This document shows, piece by piece, positions 55,738 through 64,000 of a DNA stretch of 64,000 nucleotides. The stretch lies in assembly GCA_000614405.2 (NCBI GenBank), contig GCA_000614405.2_3612.1. One strand, given 5' to 3'. The translations under genes were made by a program, and so were the position numbers. Position 1 is the stretch's first letter, and every line of letters begins with the position of its first letter. The notes under the pieces were generated by a model, which searched no databases, had not been told where the DNA came from, and worked only from the letters and a program-made list of their open reading frames with translations. This DNA comes from Escherichia coli O157:H7 str. 2011EL-2287 (GTDB lineage: Bacteria > Pseudomonadota > Gammaproteobacteria > Enterobacterales > Enterobacteriaceae).

Positions 55738-56069
55738 GCTTCCTCATCCTCCTCTCCTTCATCAGGAGCATAAGCCTTATCTTTGAACAGGACGAGAGAG
55801 CAAAGCTTAACATCTGTTTCCACACTGGTGAACATGCATAACCGCTCTCCCTCAATCAGCTCACAATCCTCTTTTAAAACAGCAGACCATACACGGTCAT
55901 CTGCGTAATCATCCGTGTACAGGATATATGAAATGGTGTCATCTTCATACAACCGCCACATACCTGTGGCAACAATAAATGTATTTTTTGTTTTAATGGT
56001 CCCTGTTGTATGATCATCCTCAAAAACAGCTTCCATAATTGCATTATCTACAGAATTTTTAGTCATCAA
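55734..56069 (-). CDS. hypothetical protein
   Basis: ORF. Confidence 0.5.
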   Translation of the reverse strand: MMTKNSVDNAIMEAVFEDDHTTGTIKTKNTFIVATGMWRLYEDDTISYILYTDDYADDRVWSAVLKEDCELIEGERLCMFTSVETDVKLCSLVLFKDKAYAPDEGEEDEEA

Positions 56070-57205
56070 ATTGCTCCAACATTTCTAAGAACGTTAACAA
56101 GTTTTGTTTGATCATTGAATGTTCGCTTCATATACAAACAGTCAAAAATTATACTCATCCATTGACCTACGGAGATTCTACGATCAATACCATTGAAGTC
56201 AGTATACTTAACAACACCTTTCGGGAACCACTTCTTGTACTGATCAATAATAGCCACCCACATCTCCTTTGGAGTGCTGCACTGAGACAGTAGGTAGAAT
56301 GCTGAGGCATCTCCGAACTTACCCTTACCGATAAGTCCTTGATACGGCTTGATGTTGTCAGCAGAGTCACCACACAGCATTTGGTATCCGAAGAACAGCA
56401 TTCCGTAACCACCAACCTCTCCATTAGGCTTCATGAAGATGTTCCCCATACCGTTATCGATCAGCATAGGGGTTTCCCTTACAAAATCTCCCTTATCGTT
56501 TCGCATGGGATCGAACACAAGCCCCGGTAGTGTTCTTTGGTCCTTATCAATAGAGATAATAAACTTGTTGAACTTACCTGTTTTTTGGTAGTGGTTCCAA
56601 CCTTCAAATTGCTGGATAGCTAACCAGTCATCAGCCTCGATACCGTTGATCACTTGAGCATTATACTGCTTTTGGAGATACTGTCTTGCATCTCCAAGCA
56701 GCAGTGGTCGAAGAGTATTGTTACGGTTGGCTTTGTATCTTTCCGGCATTGGAAGATCTAGTCTGAAGTTACCTGTGCCTCCCAACACCCCGACACATCG
56801 CTCTTCCGGAATACCAAGATAGTTAAGAACTGCATTTGCCTTACATTTTATTGTGTGCAAGCAGTTCTCTACAGGGTCAGGTGTTTGGATATCCAAGACA
56901 TCAAAATCTTCACGTGTCCACGGAATAAACTCCTTACCAGACTTTTTACATGCGGCTTCACGGTTGGTATTCTCAGCTTTTAGCCAACCACCAACGGTGT
57001 TCTTCTGCCGCCCCCAGAACTCTGTTCGTGTTTTAAACATCTTCTTACGTCCGGAGGCTTTGTGTGTTACCTCAATTGTCCTTTTTTCACAACTTGCTGC
57101 AGCTTGATATGCAACCTGATCGAAGTCATAATAAACTATAGCGTCAGGTTCAAGAAGATCAGCCAGACAATCTATGGACTCAATAAGTGGATATTCTCTA
57201 CTCAA
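56066..57205 (-). CDS. 5'-3' exonuclease / flap endonuclease (T4 RNase H / T5 D15 family)
   Basis: GIEADDWLA and LCGDSADNI motifs typical of FEN-family nucleases. Confidence 0.75.
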   Translation of the reverse strand: MSREYPLIESIDCLADLLEPDAIVYYDFDQVAYQAAASCEKRTIEVTHKASGRKKMFKTRTEFWGRQKNTVGGWLKAENTNREAACKKSGKEFIPWTREDFDVLDIQTPDPVENCLHTIKCKANAVLNYLGIPEERCVGVLGGTGNFRLDLPMPERYKANRNNTLRPLLLGDARQYLQKQYNAQVINGIEADDWLAIQQFEGWNHYQKTGKFNKFIISIDKDQRTLPGLVFDPMRNDKGDFVRETPMLIDNGMGNIFMKPNGEVGGYGMLFFGYQMLCGDSADNIKPYQGLIGKGKFGDASAFYLLSQCSTPKEMWVAIIDQYKKWFPKGVVKYTDFNGIDRRISVGQWMSIIFDCLYMKRTFNDQTKLVNVLRNVGAI

Positions 57206-57506
57206 AGACCCTCCTGTTAGTTATTCTGCAAGATGGTTGGATGCTGTAATGGAATGCATCATCACTCTCTGCAATAAGTGACTCAACATCCCAATACTTT
57301 TCAAAAAGGAACGGATTAGACCCCCAGTGGTGGGTTATTTTCATCAAGGAGTCTGGTATCATATAACCACAGAGCTTAATTACATCGCCAGGTTGAATTG
57401 TGTTTTCATGAAGGTTGCTTGCCTTCTTCAGAATCATACCTTTATGATTCTCGTTTGCATACAACTGGACAATATCTTTATCTTCAACAATAAAAATTTT
57501 AAGCAT
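57198..57506 (-). CDS. hypothetical protein
   Basis: ORF. Confidence 0.5.
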   Translation of the reverse strand: MLKIFIVEDKDIVQLYANENHKGMILKKASNLHENTIQPGDVIKLCGYMIPDSLMKITHHWGSNPFLFEKYWDVESLIAESDDAFHYSIQPSCRITNRRVFE

Positions 57507-57565
57507 ACCTAGTTCTCCTAGTTTATAGATATCTGACCGATAATATCAGATTAATAACACTTTTG

Positions 57566-57859
57566 TCAAGACTTTTTAGTCTTTCTTGGAGAGCTTTTTG
57601 TTGATCTTTTCCTTTTGTGGTAGATTCCAAGTGCAGCGTTTTCTTGGGCGCACGTTTTAACAGTTCTCAGACAAGAGCTTTCAGCTTTAGGCAGGTTTAA
57701 CTCCCACCAACCAAGCCAGTAAAGTTCTGATTCAGACAACTGCTCAGATTCAGCCTTCCGATACAAGGCTTGCATACCCCTGATGATATCGTCCAGAGGT
57801 GTATCGAATACAAAAGCTGTCTTATCGAATTTCTCTTTTACAGATCTCTTAGCCATCAA
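57566..57859 (-). CDS. hypothetical basic protein
   Basis: ORF. Confidence 0.5.
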   Translation of the reverse strand: MMAKRSVKEKFDKTAFVFDTPLDDIIRGMQALYRKAESEQLSESELYWLGWWELNLPKAESSCLRTVKTCAQENAALGIYHKRKRSTKSSPRKTKKS

Positions 57860-58313
57860 GGTAACCCTCTATCCACGAAAAGTCAGTCTTCCATTCTGGA
57901 ACTTTACTAAGCTCACGCCACTCTGCAAAGCAGTCTCGGTAATACGCCTCTGCCATACCTTTGGTGATCTTATTCACCTTAGCCAACTGATTAACTGCCT
58001 GAGCATACTTTCCACGGATATTTGCTAACCCAGGATGCACCGATGTGTGACAATCTGGGCACAACGCTATCAGTCCGACAAGCCGGATCACTCCCTCTTC
58101 GAAAGTGTAAAGTTCATGACACTCCACTGGATGTTTGCTGCCTTTACCGCCGCACACCTCGCAAGTGTAGTTTGCCTCTCTGTAGCACTTCTTACGGATC
58201 TTATCCCACTCACTCTTCTTCACAGCGTTTCGGAGGTTATTATACCAAGCTGTTTCTGGGATCAGTTGCACAATAAGCCTGCGTTCAGACCTCATTAAAC
58301 GTCCGTCTTCCAC
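57849..58313 (-). CDS. HNH endonuclease
   Basis: CEVCGG...H..ECHEL...ALCPDCH HNH zinc-finger nuclease motif. Confidence 0.65.
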   Translation of the reverse strand: MEDGRLMRSERRLIVQLIPETAWYNNLRNAVKKSEWDKIRKKCYREANYTCEVCGGKGSKHPVECHELYTFEEGVIRLVGLIALCPDCHTSVHPGLANIRGKYAQAVNQLAKVNKITKGMAEAYYRDCFAEWRELSKVPEWKTDFSWIEGYLDG

Positions 58314-58322
58314 GTATCCCCC

Positions 58323-58544
58323 TTATTCAAAGAAATGGGTGCGAGGGCAGGAACCTGCCTCGCCTTGTTTCACAAGCTCGTAGAGCTCACCTTGGCTTGT
58401 CTCATAAAGGCAAATACGTTTACCATTGTCCCGATACACATCGACAAGATACGCTGTTTCACCCGCAAACACGACACCACAGGCCAGACATGCTGCCATG
58501 AACAAAATTGCCAACAGAAAATCTTTCATGGTTAAACACTCCAT
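58323..58544 (-). CDS. small secreted or lipoprotein-like protein downstream of the endolysin
   Basis: Signal-peptide-like N-terminus MKDFLLAILFMAACLAC with Cys after hydrophobic core. Confidence 0.5.
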   Translation of the reverse strand: MECLTMKDFLLAILFMAACLACGVVFAGETAYLVDVYRDNGKRICLYETSQGELYELVKQGEAGSCPRTHFFE

Positions 58545-58592
58545 AACATTTTATGAGGTAACAATACCACGTCCGTGTGGTTATGTCAATGA

Positions 58593-59063
58593 TCAATCCA
58601 GGACAACACCGCCTGCCTTTTTAAACACCTCGATCAACTTCTCGATCTTCTGTTCATGCTGACCATATCCAGCGCCGGGTAACGAAGCCCAGCGGGAACG
58701 GCATTTGCGGATAGCTTCGTGGATACGCCCTTCGTCAATGTCGGCGAGAGCCTTGCACTCACGGATCAGTTGCAACGCAATCTTGTCCTGACTGGCAGGG
58801 CCAAAATCTGGTAATCCTAACTGTTTCATGTAGTGTTTAGCAAACTTCTCCAAAACCTGGTAACGCCCAGCAGCGGAGGAGGTAAGTTTAGCATTTAGCT
58901 TAACGTAAACACCCGGATGCTTGCTGTAATCGCTGAACAGCTTGCCGCCGACTATGACATCGTACCCCCGATCCTTGGTAGGTTGTCTACCATTATCTGT
59001 TCCTTCCGAATATGCGATCATATCCAAGAAAGCTTTTCGTTGAACATTTTTATCAAGTTTCAT
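58593..59063 (-). CDS. endolysin, lambda R-like lytic transglycosylase
   Basis: QRKAFLDMIAYSEGTDNGRQPTKDRGYDVIVGG...GRYQ...WASLPGAGYGQHE closely matches phage lambda R as recalled. Confidence 0.85.
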   Translation of the reverse strand: MKLDKNVQRKAFLDMIAYSEGTDNGRQPTKDRGYDVIVGGKLFSDYSKHPGVYVKLNAKLTSSAAGRYQVLEKFAKHYMKQLGLPDFGPASQDKIALQLIRECKALADIDEGRIHEAIRKCRSRWASLPGAGYGQHEQKIEKLIEVFKKAGGVVLD

Positions 59064-59187
59064 TTTTCATACTCTCCAGTTTACTCATAACTAACCCGAT
59101 CAACAACACTGCATAGTGTGGTTATGTAGGTGCCAATTGAAAAACCATCATTCAATTGGCTACCGTTACCTACTAAACCATCCTACA

Positions 59188-60471
59188 TCATTCCAGAACC
59201 TCCCAAGTGTCTGGGTTAACATTTCGGACGCAGATACCGACAGGGAATTGGTAGTTGTTGTCTTCTGTCCTTGCTTGATATTTGAAGGTGACAAACTTGC
59301 CGATCATTTCCTGCATCCTGTCATAGCTACGCTCCTCGTGCGTGCCTTTCATCTTCATTTTAACAACAACACCTTCCTTGTCAACACAGATAAGAACACC
59401 TTCATCATTCTTATCTTTCTCAACGTCAATAACTTTCACCTCTGCGTCGTTGAACTTTTTCCATTTCAATGCTTCAGATGTTCGCTGACCATACTCATAT
59501 TTACCACAGAAGTTACGCATAATGGTACCTTCATATCCCTCAGACATAAATATACCAACAGACTCTTCGCACCGATCAACTGTGTATGCAATCTCTGCAT
59601 CAACAACCTTAATATGATCAAGCATCAAAGAAGCAATAGCACCATTTGCCTCCATAAGATCCTTACAGCGTCCAGACTCTGTTTCAGGATCCCACCACAC
59701 CTTATCGCTAGGAATATCGAAAATATGATACTCTAAGTCGTAGCTGCAGTACCCTCCGTAACGCAAATCATCACGAACAGGCTCAACATCAACAGGAATG
59801 TCCATCTTGTTGAAGTTTTTGTATGTTGCTAAACCTGCTTTAATCGCAGCCTGACGGCGTTTTTTATCTGCCTTGTAGTCTTTATCGATCTCGGCCTGAA
59901 TTTCTTCCTGTGTGCGCCACCGTTTAGCAAGAGACACTATTTTCTGCAGAGGCAGACCATGAATATAGAGCTCTCCGTCGAGCTGTTTAATCCCGGTGGT
60001 TAGGTGGAAAGAGCGAAGTTGCTCCAGAAGCTTCCCTTGAATAGGGTAGGACTTATTACCACGGGAAATAAATTTAGGCTCACCATTCTGGAAAACAACA
60101 AGTAGACGAAGGCCATCTAACTTACGCAAGATCCAGCAAGGTAATTTAAGTGCCTTGCCACGCTTCAGGTAGTCATGCACCAACATGGGTAAAAGATCAA
60201 CACCTTGCTCACAATCTTCCATACTCTCCACGTACCCGAGTCGGACCTGTTTTTCCCACTTACTGATCGCTTCCAGCTCGGCCTGTTGCTCAGCTGTAGT
60301 TTCATTAGCGCGACCCACGTTCTTAGGTGTGCAGATCGTCTCTTTGTATTGCAGTTTACCATCAAGCTTGCCAAACTCTACGATAACCTTATCACCATCC
60401 GTGAATACTTTCCACTGTTGGTAGCTGCCATCTTTGTTCAGTGCGTACAGTGTTGTTTTGATCTGATGCAT
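59188..60471 (-). CDS. ATP-dependent DNA ligase
   Basis: Nucleotidyltransferase motif I KLDGLR, motif IV EGTIMR, motif V KWKKF; 427 aa. Confidence 0.7.
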   Translation of the reverse strand: MHQIKTTLYALNKDGSYQQWKVFTDGDKVIVEFGKLDGKLQYKETICTPKNVGRANETTAEQQAELEAISKWEKQVRLGYVESMEDCEQGVDLLPMLVHDYLKRGKALKLPCWILRKLDGLRLLVVFQNGEPKFISRGNKSYPIQGKLLEQLRSFHLTTGIKQLDGELYIHGLPLQKIVSLAKRWRTQEEIQAEIDKDYKADKKRRQAAIKAGLATYKNFNKMDIPVDVEPVRDDLRYGGYCSYDLEYHIFDIPSDKVWWDPETESGRCKDLMEANGAIASLMLDHIKVVDAEIAYTVDRCEESVGIFMSEGYEGTIMRNFCGKYEYGQRTSEALKWKKFNDAEVKVIDVEKDKNDEGVLICVDKEGVVVKMKMKGTHEERSYDRMQEMIGKFVTFKYQARTEDNNYQFPVGICVRNVNPDTWEVLE

Positions 60472-60740
60472 TACTCGGCCTCTTCCTTAAAAATGTTAAA
60501 CATCTCTTCTTTACTCATTACCAGCCAGTCCCCCATAAAATCAACAAGCCAATCACCCTGGTACAAGACTAGGTTACCAAACGGCTCTACAAGCTCACAC
60601 ATGCGACGAAGATCTCTGGTCCGAACAGGTGACGATGTAAACACACCTGTATCAATCCACCGTTGCAGATCAGATACTGATGAAGAGCTTCCGTCAAACT
60701 GGTGTGCTTCTACAGGTTTAGCAAGATTAAATAATGGCAT
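60471..60740 (-). CDS. hypothetical protein
   Basis: ORF. Confidence 0.5.
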   Translation of the reverse strand: MPLFNLAKPVEAHQFDGSSSSVSDLQRWIDTGVFTSSPVRTRDLRRMCELVEPFGNLVLYQGDWLVDFMGDWLVMSKEEMFNIFKEEAE

Positions 60741-61035
60741 TGCAGTCCTCCTTATCTAATAGGTCTTTTATCGGGTAAACAAGCAGGTGTGGATCGTAAT
60801 AATTTATAGTTTTATTCTGCCACACTATGAACTTAATTACAACTAAATTTACCACATCTTTATCTCCATGTAGTCCAACACACAGATTTGTCCATATTTT
60901 GTGGTTGAATACTTTGCTGTCGATGTAGATTTTAGTGTCAAACTTATCCTCTATCCTGCCTATGAGTTTAACCAACTCTTTCATCTGATCCCCAAACACA
61001 GCATCGTTTTCAAGATCTCTAGAGTGCTTGTACAT
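60727..61035 (-). CDS. hypothetical protein
   Basis: ORF. Confidence 0.5.
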   Translation of the reverse strand: MYKHSRDLENDAVFGDQMKELVKLIGRIEDKFDTKIYIDSKVFNHKIWTNLCVGLHGDKDVVNLVVIKFIVWQNKTINYYDPHLLVYPIKDLLDKEDCNAII

Positions 61036-61097
61036 AACTAACTACCTCACTGCATACTTTCCATAATAAGTAAAGCCGGGTAATCCCGGCTATGTTG

Positions 61098-61811
61098 TTA
61101 AATATACTCTGTTACATCCTTGAAGCTCGAAGGCTTCATGATCTTACCTTTACTGTCAAGGAATATGATAACTTTATTACCGTTGTAGAATTCTTCCTTG
61201 GCAACAAAACCTTCATATCGACCATCAAAGCGTCGTTCAAGATCTTTAATCTCCAACTCGATTAGTTGTTCAGCAGGCATATCTGCACTGGCACCGTGTG
61301 AATACCGTAGATGGTTGACCCGTGCAAACTTGCTGTCATTCGATTTGAGAACCTTACGCATCATCCCGCACACATCGCCGCGAAGCTGGAACAGTAAAGC
61401 TGTTGACAACTCCGCTAAGCGGTAAGCTGACGCTCTTTGCTTAGATGTGTTTTTAGCAGCGATCAGTGTATCATAGAACTCACCGATCTTGAACTTAAGA
61501 CCTCGTGGATTATCAAACAGGTTTGACCACTTTTCGTGATTGTCATTAACAAGATAAGCGGCATAACTTGTGACAACGTGAAGATCGCAGGCCTCTTTTA
61601 GCAGGTGATCTCCACCATCACCTTTCTCCAGCTCTTCCAAAACTTCATTGAACTCTTCCTCAATGAAGCTAAGCTGTAATTCGAACGGTGTGTATGATTT
61701 TTTCACTTTAGCTGCCACACGGTTCCAGTTTTCCACCCAGTTGGCAGACCAAAGGTAGTTTTCAGGTTGGGACAGTTTTTCCAGGTTGTCAATTAATTTG
61801 GTATTCAGCAT
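61098..61811 (-). CDS. hypothetical protein (possible MazG-like NTP pyrophosphohydrolase)
   Basis: Glu-rich SFIEEEFNEVLEELEKGD segment weakly resembling MazG/HisE metal-binding helix. Confidence 0.4.
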   Translation of the reverse strand: MLNTKLIDNLEKLSQPENYLWSANWVENWNRVAAKVKKSYTPFELQLSFIEEEFNEVLEELEKGDGGDHLLKEACDLHVVTSYAAYLVNDNHEKWSNLFDNPRGLKFKIGEFYDTLIAAKNTSKQRASAYRLAELSTALLFQLRGDVCGMMRKVLKSNDSKFARVNHLRYSHGASADMPAEQLIELEIKDLERRFDGRYEGFVAKEEFYNGNKVIIFLDSKGKIMKPSSFKDVTEYI

Positions 61812-61824
61812 TAAAGGTCTCCTT

Positions 61825-62586
61825 TTAAAGTTCCATAAAGTTTTCTACGGTCTCAATGAATGTTTTATCAGAGAAAGCGTCAACCGCCCCGTTAAACCAA
61901 ACTGGGATGCCGCGATCCTCATACTGGTAAATATCACTACGTGAAATGCCATTCTCCTCTAGATGCTGTGAGTCGTATTTGTTAACGATCAGCAGTTTGG
62001 TTCCCTTATTGCAGGCAGGGAATAGTTCCCAGTTAAAATTGATAACTGTGTTGGAACAACCTACAAGGATAACCATATCATTGCTAGTGAGAGAAGTCAA
62101 CAGGTCATACATGTCTGTATACTTCGGAGCTACTTCTCCGAAGAACACCACATTAGGCTTAACCCAGATATACTTTCCTGCATCTACCTCAGAGTATCCA
62201 ATGTCCCTAATGACGTTACTTCCTTCATCGTCCTCATAGACTATTTCTGGCAAATACCCGTGGACATGTAGAATATCTTCATGTTTTACACCAGCACGCT
62301 CCAGCAAATCATCTACATTGGTGGTAAGATTGATCACACGGCCAGGCCAGCGGGAATACCACTCAGCGATCCGGAGATGCGCAAGGTTAGGATCAACACT
62401 GCCCAGAGCTACACGGCGTGCATTGTAAAAGTCATGCACCTTATAGTAGTTCTTGGCAAAGGTGTGGATGTTGCACACCTCATCGATGCTGAAATTCTCC
62501 CACATTGCAGTGCTACCAGATCGGAAAGTGGGAATACCAGATTCAGCGCTCAAACCAGCACCGGAGATAATAATCAGTCGTCGCAT
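61825..62586 (-). CDS. Sir2 (sirtuin) family NAD-dependent protein
   Basis: GAGLSAESGIPTFRS, TTNVDDL and HG motifs of the sirtuin Rossmann fold; no obvious zinc-ribbon Cys pairs. Confidence 0.75.
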   Translation of the reverse strand: MRRLIIISGAGLSAESGIPTFRSGSTAMWENFSIDEVCNIHTFAKNYYKVHDFYNARRVALGSVDPNLAHLRIAEWYSRWPGRVINLTTNVDDLLERAGVKHEDILHVHGYLPEIVYEDDEGSNVIRDIGYSEVDAGKYIWVKPNVVFFGEVAPKYTDMYDLLTSLTSNDMVILVGCSNTVINFNWELFPACNKGTKLLIVNKYDSQHLEENGISRSDIYQYEDRGIPVWFNGAVDAFSDKTFIETVENFMEL

Positions 62587-62594
62587 AAGTGTCC

Positions 62595-62975
62595 TCAGTA
62601 GATGTTTTGTTTAATCTCTATTCCAAACTTTTTAAACGAGTCAGCTGCAAGCATGAATTTACGAGCCGCTGATGGATTAGAAGTATGCACGAAAATCTTC
62701 ACGTTGTCAACTACAGGAGGCTTACCAAATACAAATTTTTCCTCTAACATGCAGAAACAGTCGTACCCTTCGAAGACTTCTCCTAAATCGCTGTCAAAAT
62801 GCCACTCAGAAACGCGCCTGTAGAGCTTTCTATTATCGTTAATAAAATCCATGAACTCAGAAGAGTTCTTCAGCCAAAGAGCATCTTGGATTCCGTAATT
62901 TGACGGATCTCTCAAGTCATCCAGCCACACAATCAACTTCTTCATTGCATATAGTCCTCGTTGTGAAAATAGCAA
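62595..62975 (-). CDS. hypothetical protein
   Basis: ORF. Confidence 0.5.
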   Translation of the reverse strand: MLFSQRGLYAMKKLIVWLDDLRDPSNYGIQDALWLKNSSEFMDFINDNRKLYRRVSEWHFDSDLGEVFEGYDCFCMLEEKFVFGKPPVVDNVKIFVHTSNPSAARKFMLAADSFKKFGIEIKQNIY

Positions 62976-63877
62976 TCAAGTATCTCACGGCGTTCCTGCT
63001 CCAGGAGGCAGTTCCACACATCTTCTGTGTAATTGCTACGAATGAAGTTTACCATTCCGTAAAACTCTTCGTCAATACGTTTAAAGATATCATCATCCCA
63101 AATCTTCCAAGCTTTACCCCTCATTACGGCCTTCCGTGCCAAATAGTATGGAGACTTGATCTTCAGCTGCAGGTCATAAGGGTAGTAAGGCTTACGGATC
63201 ATATACCCTTCGCCCATTGTTTCTGCAGCTAATTCTTTTGCATAGCTGAACGGGATTTCACGCACAGTGTGAGGACGTTTTGCACCAAGGTATTTGGCAA
63301 TCCCATCTAAAGCTGCTTCTGGTAGCATTATTCCAGAATCATTATATCTGCAACCTATCAAATATGCGCCATGGTCTTCTTGAACAATATGCGGATCTGA
63401 AGGGTGACAAATTTCAAACATGAATGTCATGTTTTCATTGCCCATAACCTTCTTGATAAGATCTAAATTACCACATTGCTCTTGGATGGTTTCCTTTGCA
63501 AGGTTACAATATGGAGAATCAAGAGACCCGGTTGTTGAGAACAATAGGTCACCTTTATGAGATGATACCACACCAAGGAATCCGTTCTTTTTCTCTACCG
63601 CCGTCACAAGCTTATTGTCAGGCAGGTTGGTGGAGTTTTCTCCCAAGTTAAACACTTTTGTGAAGGGCCATGCCACAACATTCCCTTCATTACCTACAAC
63701 AATGCCTCGGCACTCCAGCAAACGAGGAGACAAATGCCATAAATTGTTGTAAAATACTTTTCTGGCATATTTATAGATCTTTAATCCAAGATCTGGGTAA
63801 TATCTGCTGGTTACAAGACCTTTGTCAACTAGGTCGTCTGCATTAAAATACTTCATCATGCGTTCCTCATTTGTCAT
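62942..63877 (-). CDS. RNA ligase-like nucleotidyltransferase (Rnl family)
   Basis: Motif I EKKNGF, motif IV EGYMIRK, motif V LKIKSPYY. Confidence 0.55.
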   Translation of the reverse strand: MTNEERMMKYFNADDLVDKGLVTSRYYPDLGLKIYKYARKVFYNNLWHLSPRLLECRGIVVGNEGNVVAWPFTKVFNLGENSTNLPDNKLVTAVEKKNGFLGVVSSHKGDLLFSTTGSLDSPYCNLAKETIQEQCGNLDLIKKVMGNENMTFMFEICHPSDPHIVQEDHGAYLIGCRYNDSGIMLPEAALDGIAKYLGAKRPHTVREIPFSYAKELAAETMGEGYMIRKPYYPYDLQLKIKSPYYLARKAVMRGKAWKIWDDDIFKRIDEEFYGMVNFIRSNYTEDVWNCLLEQERREILDCYFHNEDYMQ

Positions 63878-63920
63878 TTTGTCAGTCTATCCTGCCACAC
63901 AAATAACCTGGTGTCAACAC

Positions 63921-63949
63921 TTGAAATTAACAAAACAGTTGGGTATACT
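63921..63949 (+). promoter_or_regulatory. sigma70-like promoter (divergent from minus-strand operon)
   Basis: TTGAAA-N17-TATACT upstream of ATG 63978. Confidence 0.4.
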
Positions 63950-63977
63950 ATCGTTGAAATTAAAACGGAGGATTACT

Positions 63978-64000
63978 ATGTCTAAAATGCTATATATCGT
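63978..64000 (+). CDS. hypothetical protein, 5' fragment (continues beyond window)
   Basis: ATG preceded by SD ACGGAGGA; truncated by window end. Confidence 0.4.

Noticed and set aside
1-64000. tRNA genes
   Set aside because: No convincing T-loop (GTTCGAATC-like) or cloverleaf candidates seen by eye in intergenic regions; a proper tRNAscan-SE run is needed to exclude them.
1-64000. Assignment to T5-like phages
   Set aside because: The lambda R-type endolysin, intron-split family A polymerase and nrdD, the dif site and the gene order do not match my recollection of T5; no specific taxonomic call is made.

Overview
Gene-dense segment of a tailed-dsDNA-phage-like replicon with no structural or packaging genes in the window. 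Plus-strand left arm (1-13.1 kb): T7-type replication module with primase-helicase, a family A DNA polymerase apparently split by a compact group I intron at motif C, an SSB with the DDDIPF tail, a macro-domain protein and many small ORFs. An ORF-free AT-rich iteron-like region with two Fur-box-like operators follows (13.1-14.2 kb), then an array of about 30 small plus-strand genes (14.2-24.2 kb), most with their own sigma70-like promoter, a GC hairpin in the leader and a conserved SD leader. A 2.5 kb ORF-free, repeat-rich convergent region (24.2-26.8 kb) contains a near-perfect XerC/XerD dif site (about 25610-25637). Minus-strand right arm (26.8-63.9 kb): tightly packed small genes including a diversified paralog family and a ribosome hibernation factor (HPF) homolog, then DNA methyltransferase, ClpP-like protease, PhoH, NrdG, intron-split NrdD, glutaredoxin, NrdB, NrdA, ThyX-like protein, HAD phosphatase, dNMP-kinase-like protein, second methyltransferase, DEDD exonuclease, RuvC-like resolvase, FEN-type 5'-3' exonuclease, HNH nucleases, lambda R-like endolysin, ATP-dependent DNA ligase, Sir2-family protein and an RNA-ligase-like protein. 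The dif site, iterons and tandem repeats together suggest a phage-plasmid or Xer-exploiting lifestyle; this is inference. All calls rest on motif recognition by eye; no database search was run, and coordinates of non-CDS features are approximate to a few nt.
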